A stretch of DNA of 64,000 nucleotides from Methanotrichaceae archaeon (GCA_963813075.1 CAWEXU010000004.1:96001-160000); one strand, 5' to 3'. Shown: positions 12,001-21,747, counted from the first letter of the stretch. Notes: generated by a model not told the origin, from the letters alone. Numbers and translations are program-made.

Positions 12001-12897
12001 GCATCGCTTCCGCCAAATTGAATATGGGAATCGTCTCTGGCCAGATGGGAAGATCTCAGGATGCAATTGAGCTATTCTCCCAGTCGATAGGAATGCTGGA
12101 GGGCCTGGGTGCACTGCCCGACCTATGCGAGGGCTATATCGCCGTCGCTTTGTTCAATATCCGGGAGGGGCAGACTATGCAGTCCCGATTCTATCTCTCC
12201 CGGGCGGAGACTCTGATCTCACGCACCGACTATCAGCCCCTGAAGATTCAGCTATACAGTGCCCAGGGCGAGCGCTTTCAGAGGGATTCGCTCTATTCCG
12301 AGGCTAAAAGCTGCTATGAGTCGGCACTGGCTCTCTCCCGCAGGCTATCTATTGCCCTACGAGGAGGCAAAGGCCATATCCAATCTCGGCCGTCTGGCCC
12401 TGGACAGGGGGGATTATGAGGATGCTCTAACCAGGATGAAGCAGGCTCTGGCGATATTCCGCCGCCTGGGGGCGTTGCTGGACATCGTTGCCGTCTACCG
12501 GGATATGACCCTCCTCTTCCTGGCCCGGGGGGACTATTCCCGGGCAGAGGAGATGGCCCTATTGAGGCAGCGGCAGGCCAGGGTCCTGGGACATGCTGAT
12601 TTGAACCTCCTGGCCCTGGCTGACCTGGCAGAGTGCGAGGCCCGAACCGGCAGGAAGGAGGAGGCCAGGGCGGACTATGCCCATGCATTGCAGCAGGTCC
12701 AAAAGGAGGGAGATAGGATTCCGTCATCCACCCTCCGTCAAATCTCCGAAAAGGCTATTGTGTTCCTCCAGGCCGATGCCGGCCTGCCGGATGGCGTCGA
12801 TCAGCTCCGCCTCTTGCGGGAGAGGCTGAGCGAAGGGAATTATGAGATGCTGACTGAGGAGCTTTTCCGCCGGCTGGAATGCAAGAGGATGGGCTAG
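9042..12897 (+). CDS. Very large tetratricopeptide-repeat protein (~1280 aa; frameshift near 12350)
   Basis: Continuous TPR units ('A..L.NLG..Y...GD...A...Y..SL'); ORFs 9009..12419 and 12259..12897 join at RRLS/LPYEEAKA; RBS GGAGGT before ATG 9042. Confidence 0.85.
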
Positions 12898-13544
12898 AGG
12901 CCTGAGCCCATCATGGAGGGTAGAAGGCTGAGCTGGAAGTCTACCTTGGCCAGATCCTGCCTTATATTGGGGTCCTTGAGGAGCAGGTCCAGCTCAGTCA
13001 GCCTGCCGATCACTTCTCCCAGCCGGACTCCCTTGTGCTCGCTCCGGGAGCGAACAGGTGCATAATATATCTCTGCTCCCGAGCTATTCACATCCACTCC
13101 AAAGAAATCCTTGTCATAGAAGCCCTTAAACTGCTGGATTACCGGTTTGTAGACATTCTTTATAGCCGGGGCGTAGAACTCCGCCAGCATCACCTGCTGC
13201 ATTCTGTTCTTGCTATCGGCGATCCGCAGGCGGACGTATCCCTGGCCATGAATATAATTCCCGTAATGGACTCCATACTTGATGCGGGAGGTCAGATCCG
13301 TCTTCAGGCCGAATACGAACTCGCAGGTATCATCCGTCTCCGCAGGGTCAAGGTTGAGAAAGTACTTGATTAGGAGATTATAGCCGTTTTCAAAGGCGAT
13401 CCGGATATTGGACTCATCATTCTTTGAGCCGCTGACCAGAAAGCCGGAAACATCCCAGCCAAACATATTTCTGGCCTCTTCCTTTGTAAAAGAGTGCGAT
13501 GCAAACTCTTGAACCTTTTCCAGGAGATCTTGCATGGTTTCCAT
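12894..13544 (-). CDS. Hypothetical protein
   Basis: 216-aa ORF with protein-like composition at the end of the cob gene run; no recognised motif. Confidence 0.75.
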   Translation of the reverse strand: METMQDLLEKVQEFASHSFTKEEARNMFGWDVSGFLVSGSKNDESNIRIAFENGYNLLIKYFLNLDPAETDDTCEFVFGLKTDLTSRIKYGVHYGNYIHGQGYVRLRIADSKNRMQQVMLAEFYAPAIKNVYKPVIQQFKGFYDKDFFGVDVNSSGAEIYYAPVRSRSEHKGVRLGEVIGRLTELDLLLKDPNIRQDLAKVDFQLSLLPSMMGSGL

Positions 13545-13577
13545 TTTTATTCACTCAGTCCTTGAATCGGATAAACA

Positions 13578-14507
13578 TTATGGTAAGAGACCTCTGAGAA
13601 CCAGAGGGATGATCGCCGCCAACACAGTCAGAGCGATGGCGGATTGCATGAGCCTCACCGCCCGGAAGATATCCTGGGTCTTGGGATCGGACTTCTCTTC
13701 CAGCAATATATACTGGCCGGGCTTCTCCAGGCGGATGGCCAGGCTCCCGGCGGCTGCGGCCATAGGCCAGCCGGAGTTGGGGCTGGGGGTGGCGCGGTGA
13801 TATTTTAGAGCTGCTCTTATGGCCGCGCGGGCCCCGCCCGGCCGGGCCAGGGCGATCAATATGATGCTCAGCCGGGCTGGAATCCAGTTCGTCAGGTCGT
13901 CCAGCCTCGCTCCTGCATATCCCAGTTCCCGCAATCCGGGTTTCTTGTAGCCGATCATCGAGTCCATGGTGCTGATGGCCTTGAAGGCCACGGCCGCCTC
14001 CAGGCCCAGGCCGACGGGTGTGAAGAGAATATAATAGAATATTGGAGATAAAATGGAATCCACATAGTTCTCAGAGAGCGATTCTATCACCGCTGAGCTG
14101 GCCTGGGCCGGGCTGAGGGAGGCAGTGTCCCTTCCTACCAGGGCGGGCAGCATCTTTTTTGCCTGGTCGATATCCTGCTCTATCATCCGGCCGATGCTGC
14201 TTGAGGTCTCCAATAGGCATCTGATGGCGAATGTGGACTTCAAGAGATATGCCCCCACCAGGAGGGGCAGCACGGGCAGAAGATGCGCCGCCCTGACCAG
14301 CAGATGAGCGCCCAGGACGGAGGCTGAAATCACGATCATGGCCAGCAGGATGCCCTGCAGCTTCGAGGGGCCAGCCCGGGAACGCAGAAAGGAGATCAGC
14401 CTGCCGATCCAGACCACAGGATGAATGCGAACCGGCGGCTCACCGAGCAGGATGTCATAGGCTATGGCTAATAGAAATACCGCCAGAGCCTCTTCGATAG
14501 CAGTCAT
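13578..14507 (-). CDS. cbiB: Adenosylcobinamide-phosphate synthase CbiB
   Basis: 'GEPP..IHPVVWIG', 'IESLSENYVD', 'DSMIGYK', 'SPNSGWP' motifs; hydrophobic. Confidence 0.93.
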   Translation of the reverse strand: MTAIEEALAVFLLAIAYDILLGEPPVRIHPVVWIGRLISFLRSRAGPSKLQGILLAMIVISASVLGAHLLVRAAHLLPVLPLLVGAYLLKSTFAIRCLLETSSSIGRMIEQDIDQAKKMLPALVGRDTASLSPAQASSAVIESLSENYVDSILSPIFYYILFTPVGLGLEAAVAFKAISTMDSMIGYKKPGLRELGYAGARLDDLTNWIPARLSIILIALARPGGARAAIRAALKYHRATPSPNSGWPMAAAAGSLAIRLEKPGQYILLEEKSDPKTQDIFRAVRLMQSAIALTVLAAIIPLVLRGLLP

Positions 14508-14746
14508 AGCCGCTCCGCCAGGCTCTTCCAGACCTGGGTGATGGGCTGGCCCTGCATCAGCCCGTCGAGCACCATCTCCGCCACCTCATTTTGGTGGACG
14601 ATCTGGCAATTCTCACAGCACCAGGAGCCATCTTTATCTCTGCCTCCCGTTCTCACATCCCGGCAGGGGTAAAAGGGGCAGAAGCATAAGGAGCAGTCCT
14701 GCTCGGAGTAGTGGCAGGGAAACCTCTCGCAGCTCAGTCTTTGCAT
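14504..14746 (-). CDS. Cysteine-rich small domain protein (cobalamin cluster)
   Basis: 'CERFPCH..QDCSLCFCPFYPC....GG....WCCENC' zinc-finger-like Cys-rich domain. Confidence 0.85.
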   Translation of the reverse strand: MQRLSCERFPCHYSEQDCSLCFCPFYPCRDVRTGGRDKDGSWCCENCQIVHQNEVAEMVLDGLMQGQPITQVWKSLAERL

Positions 14747-15828
14747 TTCAATGCCTGCTCCAGAACACTGACCAGTCGCTCGTTCTCCTCGTGGCCTCTC
14801 ACCGCCACCCGGATGTAGCTCTTATTCAGGCCGAAGGACTGGCAGTCCCTTATCAGCACACCTTGGGCCATGGTGCGCTCCGCCAGGAGATCAGAATCAA
14901 TTCCCGAGGACTTGATGTTCACCAGGATGAAGTTCACCCGGCTGGGCAGTGGATCCAGGCCCAGCTCCTTCAGGGCGGGGATGAGATAATTCAGCTCCTC
15001 TGCGATCAACTCCCTTGATTGGTGCAGGTGGTCCTCACACCCCAGGAGATATTCTGCCGCAGCAGCAGCGATGGAGCCGATGGACCAGGGTATTCTCGCC
15101 CGGTTCATGATCTGGGCAAAGAGGGGGTTGGTCACCCCAAAGCCCAGCCGCAGCCCTGGCACTCCAAAGGACTTGGTCAGGGATCTCATCACAAAGAGGT
15201 ACTCCCTGCCAGGGGCATAGCGAGCCACGCTCTCCTCCGGGCAGGAGAGCTCTATGAAGGCCTCATCCACCAGCATGAAGACCTGGGCCTCTTCGCATCT
15301 GTCCGCCAGATCCAGAACCTGATTTTGGGAGAGCAGCCATCCGGTGGGGTTATTGGGATTGCAGAGAAACAGGGCCTTGGCCCGTTCCAGGTCGGAGTGG
15401 CTAAGGCGAGGAAGGCCGTCTCCGCCGATCGCCAGCCTTTCGGTCCTCCCTCCGGCGAGTTGTGACTGATTCTCATACTCTCCAAAGGTGGGTGCGGGAA
15501 TTAGAGCCCGGTCTCCATCCTCCAGCACTGCCTCCGCGAAGAGCCTGATCAGCTCGGACGAGCCGTTGCCGGGAACGATGCATTCCGGGTCGACCTGGAC
15601 AAAGCGGGCCGCTGCGCGACAGAATCCCCGGTAGCTGCTGTCCGGATAATTTCCGATCTGTTTGAGCTCTCCTGCCACCAGCTCCTCCAGGGGAGGCGAT
15701 CCCAGGGGATTGATATTGGCGGAGAAGTCCAGCGGCTCAGCTCCCAGTTTCAACCTCGCTTCCTGCACCTTGCCACCGTGCTTGCACTCCCCGGCAGTGG
15801 CAAAGCTCTTCCGCAATCGATTTTTCAT
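14734..15828 (-). CDS. cobD: L-threonine-O-3-phosphate decarboxylase (CobD-like PLP enzyme)
   Basis: 'HGG..LDFSANINPLG', 'CNPNNPTG', 'RSLTKSFGVPGLRLG'; clustered with cbiB. Confidence 0.88.
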   Translation of the reverse strand: MKNRLRKSFATAGECKHGGKVQEARLKLGAEPLDFSANINPLGSPPLEELVAGELKQIGNYPDSSYRGFCRAAARFVQVDPECIVPGNGSSELIRLFAEAVLEDGDRALIPAPTFGEYENQSQLAGGRTERLAIGGDGLPRLSHSDLERAKALFLCNPNNPTGWLLSQNQVLDLADRCEEAQVFMLVDEAFIELSCPEESVARYAPGREYLFVMRSLTKSFGVPGLRLGFGVTNPLFAQIMNRARIPWSIGSIAAAAAEYLLGCEDHLHQSRELIAEELNYLIPALKELGLDPLPSRVNFILVNIKSSGIDSDLLAERTMAQGVLIRDCQSFGLNKSYIRVAVRGHEENERLVSVLEQALKCKD

Positions 15829-15991
15829 AAGTCGTTGTGGCCTTCAATGTACTGGCATTTCAAGCTTGTGGGCAGAGCACCCTCTATTAACAATAGTGAT
15901 TTGATAGGGCGCTGTTAGCCGATAATTTATATATAAAATTAATATTATGTTTAAGAATTAAAATTATTAAAATTCTATATTAATCTGTATC

Positions 15992-16008
15992 CGAAAGGGT
16001 TTTATCTA
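15992..16008 (+). promoter_or_regulatory. Putative BRE/TATA promoter of the cdh operon
   Basis: CGAAAGGG-TTTTATCTA about 55 nt upstream of the cdhA ATG, after an AT-rich tract; GAGGAGG RBS follows. Confidence 0.55.
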
Positions 16009-16061
16009 CTCTATGCGAACTCAAGCGGCGTATATCAAAGGAAGAGGAGGCTAAGATTCCG

Positions 16062-18479
16062 ATGGCAACAAGAGAAGGCAGCTTTTCGGTTGAGGACATG
16101 AAGAACGTCCAGATCAACATAGGAGCTGTCGTTAAAGAGGCAGAGGAATGGGACCAGGAGATGGGTCCAGTTCCTAAGCCCGGTGTGGCGACGCTGCGCA
16201 GCTGGGATCACATACTTGCTAACCGATACAGGATCATGTATGCCCCGGCGGATGATACATGCACCCTTTGTACCTACGGCCCGTGCGACCTGACCGGAAA
16301 CAAGAAGGGCGCCTGCGGTATTGATCAGGCCGGCGCCTGCGGCAAGATCGTTTTAATTGCCTGTCTGATGGGCTGCTGTGCACATGCCGCTCATGGCAGG
16401 CATCTCTATCACTGGTGTGTGGACAAGTTCGGCGATATGAAGTTCGATATGGGCGACGAAATTTTGGTGGACTCTCCCATATATCAGACCATTGTGGGAA
16501 CCAAGCCAAAGAGCTTCAAGGACTTCGAGGAAGGGCTCTACTATCTTGAGGAGCAGGTCGTACAGCTTCTTGCGGCTACCCATACCGGCCAGGAGGGTGC
16601 TTACATAGACTTCGAGTCCAAGGCTCTTCATGCGGGCAGACTGGACCTCCTGGGCATGGAGATCTGCGATATGCTGCAGATCGTGGCCTATGACATGCCT
16701 CGCGGGAATGCAGATGCTCCAATCATCGAGATCGGCATGGGCACCATGGATCAGAATAAGGGCGTTCTCATCGCCTACGGCCACAACCTGGCAGCCGGTG
16801 CTGAGGCCATGATCTATGCTGAGAACAACAACCTCTGGGACAAAGTGGATATCGGCGGCGTCTGCTGCACAGCGCACGACCTGAACAGGATCGGCACTGG
16901 AACGGGCGAGTTGAGGGTGCCCAAGGATATAGGAAAGAAGCCCAAGGTAGCAGGAGCGATGGGCTGGTGGAGAAAGATGATCCGCTCCGGTGTCATGGAC
17001 TGCGTGATGGTGGACGAGCAGTGCGTCTTCTGCGATGTCCTCGGCGACGCCGAGAAGCGCAAGATCCCGGTCATTGCCACCACCGATAAGATCATGCTCG
17101 GCCTGCCGGACAGGACCAATGATTCCGTTGATGCCATAGTTGACGACCTGGTGAGCTTTAAGGTTCCAGGCGTTGCAGTCCTCGACCCGGTTAAGGCAGG
17201 AGAGATCGGCATCAGAGTAGCCATTGCGGTTAAACCCAAGAGGGCTGAGGCCAAGATCCAGAACCTGATCACAGAAGAGCAGTTCCAGGAAGGCCTCAAG
17301 AAATGCACCCAGTGCAATGAGTGCGCCTTCGTCTGTCCGCCACATATCAGAATCAGCAAGCTCATCGCTGAAGCGCTCAAGGGCAACAATCAGGAGTTCT
17401 CCAACTTCTATGAGATCTGCGTTGGCTGCGGAAGATGCGAACAGACTTGCCCCCAGGGCATAAACATCCTGGACCTTTTCGAGTATGCCAACCGCCAGGC
17501 AGTAAAGGATCAGAAGTTCAAGATGAGGTCCGGACGGGGACCTGCCCGCGACACTGAGATCAGGGCGGTGGGCGCTCCGCTCGTGCTGGGCACCATCCCT
17601 GGCGTTATCGCTCTGGTGGGATGCAGCAACTATCCCAACGGCACCAAGGAGTGCTACGACATTGCCAAGGAGTTCGTGGACCGGGGCTACATCGTCGTCA
17701 CCTCCGGCTGTATGGCCATGGATATGTCCCTTTACACCGATGAAGACGGCAAGACCATCTGGGAGCAGTTTGGCGGGGCCTTCGACGGCAGAAACATCTG
17801 CAACACCGGCTCATGCGTATCCAATGCCAACATCGGCGACGCAGCCATCAAGGTGGCCACCATATTCGCCCACAGAAACCACAGAGGCAACTTCGACGAT
17901 GTAGCTGACTACATCCTGAACAAGGTTGGTGCCTGCGGTGTGGCCTGGGGAGCATACTCTCAGAAGGCGGCATCAATCGCCACCGGTTGCAACGCACTGG
18001 GCATCCCGGTAGTCGTTCAGCCTCATTCGGTCATGTACCGCCGCTCATTCATGGGCAGGACGGACAATCCCGAGGACTGGATGGTAATCGATGCTCGTGA
18101 TGGCTCCATGCAGCAGATCGAGCCAGCACCCGAGGCCTTACTTTACGTTGCCGAGACCAAGGAAGAAGCAATGATGGAGATGGCCAAGCTCTGCTTCAGA
18201 CCATCGGACAACAGCATTGGCAGGGCAATCAAGCTGACCCACTACTGCGATATCTCCATGAAGTACTGCGGCAAGCTGCCCGATGACTGGCACATCTTCG
18301 TCCGCGACACCAAGGACCTTCCTCTGACCTACAAGGAACAGATGATGAAGGAGCTGGAGTCCAAGCACGGCTGGCAGGTTGACTGGAAGGCGAAGAAGTT
18401 CATCTCCGGGCCGATGAGACCTGCGGATGTTAGCTTTGATCCGACCAACCTGGCAAGGAAGATCAGGGCTAAAAAGTGA
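16062..18479 (+). CDS. cdhA: ACDS complex alpha subunit (CO dehydrogenase)
   Basis: 'CTLCTYGPCDL', C-cluster ligand contexts GHN, GGVCCT, DEQC, VGC, SGC, GSC; two extra [4Fe-4S] motifs. Confidence 0.97.
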   Translation: MATREGSFSVEDMKNVQINIGAVVKEAEEWDQEMGPVPKPGVATLRSWDHILANRYRIMYAPADDTCTLCTYGPCDLTGNKKGACGIDQAGACGKIVLIACLMGCCAHAAHGRHLYHWCVDKFGDMKFDMGDEILVDSPIYQTIVGTKPKSFKDFEEGLYYLEEQVVQLLAATHTGQEGAYIDFESKALHAGRLDLLGMEICDMLQIVAYDMPRGNADAPIIEIGMGTMDQNKGVLIAYGHNLAAGAEAMIYAENNNLWDKVDIGGVCCTAHDLNRIGTGTGELRVPKDIGKKPKVAGAMGWWRKMIRSGVMDCVMVDEQCVFCDVLGDAEKRKIPVIATTDKIMLGLPDRTNDSVDAIVDDLVSFKVPGVAVLDPVKAGEIGIRVAIAVKPKRAEAKIQNLITEEQFQEGLKKCTQCNECAFVCPPHIRISKLIAEALKGNNQEFSNFYEICVGCGRCEQTCPQGINILDLFEYANRQAVKDQKFKMRSGRGPARDTEIRAVGAPLVLGTIPGVIALVGCSNYPNGTKECYDIAKEFVDRGYIVVTSGCMAMDMSLYTDEDGKTIWEQFGGAFDGRNICNTGSCVSNANIGDAAIKVATIFAHRNHRGNFDDVADYILNKVGACGVAWGAYSQKAASIATGCNALGIPVVVQPHSVMYRRSFMGRTDNPEDWMVIDARDGSMQQIEPAPEALLYVAETKEEAMMEMAKLCFRPSDNSIGRAIKLTHYCDISMKYCGKLPDDWHIFVRDTKDLPLTYKEQMMKELESKHGWQVDWKAKKFISGPMRPADVSFDPTNLARKIRAKK

Positions 18480-18499
18480 GGGAGAAGGAGGATATAAAA

Positions 18500-19063
18500 A
18501 TGGCAGGAGAAGTTAAAAAGGGAATTGACACCACCAGAAACCCAATTCCCTTTGAGATGGCCCAGATACCAGGGCCAGAGATGGCCAAGACCTACATGCC
18601 CAAGGTCATAGGCGCTATAATCAAGAAGGCGAAGAGGCCACTCCTCGTAGTAGGAGCAGAGCTTTTCGATGACCCCATCATGTTCGATAAGATGATCGAG
18701 ATCGGCAAGATGGGCATACCGATTGCCGCCACAGCGCATTCCGTTAAGGGCTTTGTGGATAGAGGCTACCTGGATAACGTCTATCAGATCGGCCTGCACC
18801 CTCTGACCGCCAACCTGCGCTTCCCAGATTGGAAGGGCCTGGATGGACAGGGGCAGTACGATGTGGTCATATTCATGGGCATCTTCTACAAGTTCGCCAA
18901 TGCGATGTTCTCGACCCTGAAGAACTTCAACCGGGACATCAAGCGCGTCTCCATTGACCGCTACTATCATGTCAATGCCAATATGACCTTTGGCAACATG
19001 GCCTTCAATCCGGACGACTATCACGCCGCTGTGGACGAAATAATCGCAGCGATGAAGAAATAA
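18500..19063 (+). CDS. cdhB: ACDS complex epsilon subunit
   Basis: 'IIKKAKRPLLVVG', 'WKGLDGQGQYDVVIFMG', 'SIDRYYHVNA'; ATG at 18500 with GGAGG RBS. Confidence 0.95.
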   Translation: MAGEVKKGIDTTRNPIPFEMAQIPGPEMAKTYMPKVIGAIIKKAKRPLLVVGAELFDDPIMFDKMIEIGKMGIPIAATAHSVKGFVDRGYLDNVYQIGLHPLTANLRFPDWKGLDGQGQYDVVIFMGIFYKFANAMFSTLKNFNRDIKRVSIDRYYHVNANMTFGNMAFNPDDYHAAVDEIIAAMKK

Positions 19064-19102
19064 AATTTATCTCATAACAATAGAAACAGAAGAGGTGTAT
19101 TA

Positions 19103-20509
19103 ATGGCAGATATAAAGTTGGACATATCCCCTATGTATGAGGGCGAGAGAATCAGAAAGGACGATCTATGGGTAGAGCTGGGCGGCCCCAAGGCAGACGG
19201 ATTCGAGCTGTCCCTGGCCACTCCCATGGACCAGATTGAGGATGGAAAGGTAACAGTTATCGGCCCCGACCTCGGAGAGACCCCTGAGGGCACCACCATG
19301 CCCTTTGGCATGATCTTCAGAGTTGCCGGCGAGAAGATCGAGAAGGACCTGGAGTCCATCATCGAGAGGCGCAACCATGCCCTTCTCTCCTACATAAGTG
19401 GCCTCATGCACCTCAACCAGAGATACGATATCTGGATGAGAATAGGCAAGAGCCTCAAGAAGAAGGGAGTCACCTCCTGGAAGGAGATCTACGGCCCGGT
19501 CATTGACCTGTACAAGGCCGAGATGCCATTCATTGAGAAGATGGACATCACCATCGTCACCGATCCAGCAAAGGTCAAAGAAGAGCTGGCCAAGGCCATG
19601 GCCGTATACAAGACCCGCGATGAGCGCGCCAAGGGACTGCACGATGAGGATGTCGATGTATTCTACGGCTGCACTCTCTGCCAGGCATTCGCACCCACCA
19701 GCGCCTGCGTGGTAACCCCGGACAGGCCATCACTGTGCGGAGCTATCACCTGGTTCGACGGCAGGGCTGCCGCCAAGGTGGACCCAGAGGGCCCCCAGTT
19801 CCCCATAGAGAAGGGAAACGCAGTTGACGCAGTTGCCGGCGAGTATGCTGCCATCAATGAGATGGCCGAGAAGAGGTCCGGCGGCGAGTACAGCAGCATG
19901 AAGCTGTACACATTCTTCGATGCTCCCCACACCTCCTGCGGCTGCTTCGAGACCATTGGCTTCTACATGCCTGAGGTTGACGGCATCGGCCTTGCCGACC
20001 GTGACTTCAAGGGCGCAACCCCCAACGGACTGCCCTTCTCCACCATGGCTGGACAGACCGGCGGCGGCAAGCAGGTCGTAGGCTTCCTGGGCATGGGCAT
20101 TCTCTACTACTTCTCCCCCAAGTTCCTCCAGGCCGATGGCGGCTGGAGAAGGATCGTCTGGATGTCCAAGGGCCTCAAGGAGAGGGTAAAGGAAGGCATC
20201 GATGCTGACATGATGGACAAGATCGCCACCGAGGACGATGCCAAGGACATCGCCGCCCTCAAGGCATTCCTGCTCAAGGTCAACCATCCGGTAGTCGATG
20301 GTGTCACCAGAAAGGTGGACGGCCAGAAGGTCACCGAGGGCTGGAAGCTTGAAGAGATTGATGATGACATCAAGGCGAAGGTCATGGCCTATATCGAGAA
20401 GACCGGCGGAGACATCAACATGGATACCGTCAAGTCCGAGCTTGCTCTGACCGAAGGCCAGTTCATGCAGGTCGTCGAGGCCTTGCAGGAAGACGGCGTG
20501 CTCGAGTGA
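19103..20509 (+). CDS. cdhC: ACDS complex beta subunit (acetyl-CoA synthase)
   Basis: 'FYGCTLCQAFAP', 'PHTSCGCFE' A-cluster motifs; atypical helical C-terminal domain. Confidence 0.97.
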   Translation: MADIKLDISPMYEGERIRKDDLWVELGGPKADGFELSLATPMDQIEDGKVTVIGPDLGETPEGTTMPFGMIFRVAGEKIEKDLESIIERRNHALLSYISGLMHLNQRYDIWMRIGKSLKKKGVTSWKEIYGPVIDLYKAEMPFIEKMDITIVTDPAKVKEELAKAMAVYKTRDERAKGLHDEDVDVFYGCTLCQAFAPTSACVVTPDRPSLCGAITWFDGRAAAKVDPEGPQFPIEKGNAVDAVAGEYAAINEMAEKRSGGEYSSMKLYTFFDAPHTSCGCFETIGFYMPEVDGIGLADRDFKGATPNGLPFSTMAGQTGGGKQVVGFLGMGILYYFSPKFLQADGGWRRIVWMSKGLKERVKEGIDADMMDKIATEDDAKDIAALKAFLLKVNHPVVDGVTRKVDGQKVTEGWKLEEIDDDIKAKVMAYIEKTGGDINMDTVKSELALTEGQFMQVVEALQEDGVLE

Positions 20510-20541
20510 GCAGATCCAAATCTATGAGAGGGTGTTAAACT

Positions 20542-20712
20542 ATGCAGCTAAAACTTAAACCAAAGGCACCTGCAGCCGCGGCTCCAGCAGCCGCACCTGC
20601 AGCAGCAGGCGCAGCAGCACCAGCCATAAGCATGTCCGGCAGCGCCGGCGGCATAAAGCTGATCCTGAAGGATGCCAAGATAAGCATAGATAAGGTAGTA
20701 CTCGCCAAGTAG
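20542..20712 (+). CDS. 56-aa ACDS-operon microprotein 1 (resembles the CdhC C-terminal tail)
   Basis: Manual translation MQLKLKPKAPAAAAPAAAPAAAGAAAPAISMSGSAGGIKLILKDAKISIDKVVLAK*; own RBS GAGAGGGTG; below the 60-aa ORF cut-off. Confidence 0.85.
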   Translation: MQLKLKPKAPAAAAPAAAPAAAGAAAPAISMSGSAGGIKLILKDAKISIDKVVLAK

Positions 20713-20715
20713 AGT

Positions 20716-20754
20716 ACCGCCTTTTTCTCCCTTTTTTGGGAGATGCGGTTTTCT
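20716..20754 (+). terminator. Stem-loop with T tracts between the two microprotein genes
   Basis: ACCGC..TCTCCC-TTTTTT-GGGAGA-TGCGGT-TTTCT inverted repeat. Confidence 0.5.
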
Positions 20755-20795
20755 GCGAGTACAGTTATCTGATCAAAAAGTGAGGGAGAGATATT

Positions 20796-20972
20796 ATGCA
20801 GCTTAAGCTTAAGAAAAAGGAAGCGGCTCCGGCCGCAGCAGCAGCAGCACCTGCAGCAGGCGCAGCAGCTCCGGCTTTCGCTATGCCAGCAGCAGCATCG
20901 GGTGGGATGACCATTGAACTGAGGGGCGCATCCATCCACGTAGCAGAAGTCGTAATAAGACCGAAAAAATAA
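20796..20972 (+). CDS. 58-aa ACDS-operon microprotein 2 (paralogue of microprotein 1)
   Basis: Manual translation MQLKLKKKEAAPAAAAAAPAAGAAAPAFAMPAAASGGMTIELRGASIHVAEVVIRPKK*; RBS GAGGGAG. Confidence 0.85.
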   Translation: MQLKLKKKEAAPAAAAAAPAAGAAAPAFAMPAAASGGMTIELRGASIHVAEVVIRPKK

Positions 20973-20985
20973 GGAAGGCTAGACT

Positions 20986-21747
20986 TTGGGGAAAGTAATA
21001 GCGATAACTGGCAAAGGCGGCACCGGCAAGACCGCAGTGACCGCGATGCTCATCAGACATATTGTGAAAAGCACCGGGAAAAAGTATCAGGTCCTTGTTA
21101 TCGACGCCGATTCGGACGCCAACCTGGCGGACGCACTGGGCGTAAAGGTGGGAAAGACCATCGGCGACATGAGGGAATTCATGCAGCAATCCCGGTTCAC
21201 AACCTCTCCAGACACAGATAAACAGGTTCTTTTCGAGTCAAAGCTCTTCGAGATCCTCCTTGAGGAGGAGGGCTACGATCTTCTTGTGATGGGCAAGCCG
21301 GAAGGATCCGGATGCTACTGTTTTGTCAACAATCTTCTCCGCGGCATCATGGATAAGACCACGGCAAACTACGATCTGATCATCATCGACACCCCTGCGG
21401 GTCTCGAACACTTCAGCCGGAAGACAATTCCTGATCTGAACGATCTGATTTTGGTGACAGACGAATCCCGTCGGGGTCTTACCACGGGCGAGCGGATAAG
21501 AGACACCGCCCGGGAGATAGATCTGAAGTACGAGCATCTCTATGTGATCGTGAACAAGGTCACCGCAGGAAGGAAAGAGAAGGTCCTGGAGAACGCTAAG
21601 AGTATAGGCCTGGATGTTATCGGCACTGTCCCCTATGATGAGAGCTTAGCCAAATTCGATTTAGTGGGAGATCCATTGATGGGCCTTCCCGATGATTCGC
21701 CTGCAGTGCAAGAGATGGCGAATGTCGTCGGGAAACTGGGCCTGTGA
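20986..21747 (+). CDS. cooC: CooC/AcsF-type nickel-insertion ATPase
   Basis: '[12 protein letters not shown]', 'IDADSDANL', 'GSGCYCFVN', '[11 protein letters not shown]'. Confidence 0.93.
   Translation: MGKVIAITGKGGTGKTAVTAMLIRHIVKSTGKKYQVLVIDADSDANLADALGVKVGKTIGDMREFMQQSRFTTSPDTDKQVLFESKLFEILLEEEGYDLLVMGKPEGSGCYCFVNNLLRGIMDKTTANYDLIIIDTPAGLEHFSRKTIPDLNDLILVTDESRRGLTTGERIRDTAREIDLKYEHLYVIVNKVTAGRKEKVLENAKSIGLDVIGTVPYDESLAKFDLVGDPLMGLPDDSPAVQEMANVVGKLGL

Noticed and set aside
20507..20545. Microprotein 1 as a read-through or mis-sequenced continuation of cdhC
   Set aside because: It is in a different frame, there is a 32-nt spacer containing a second in-frame TGA and an RBS, and the paralogue starts with the same MQLKLK.
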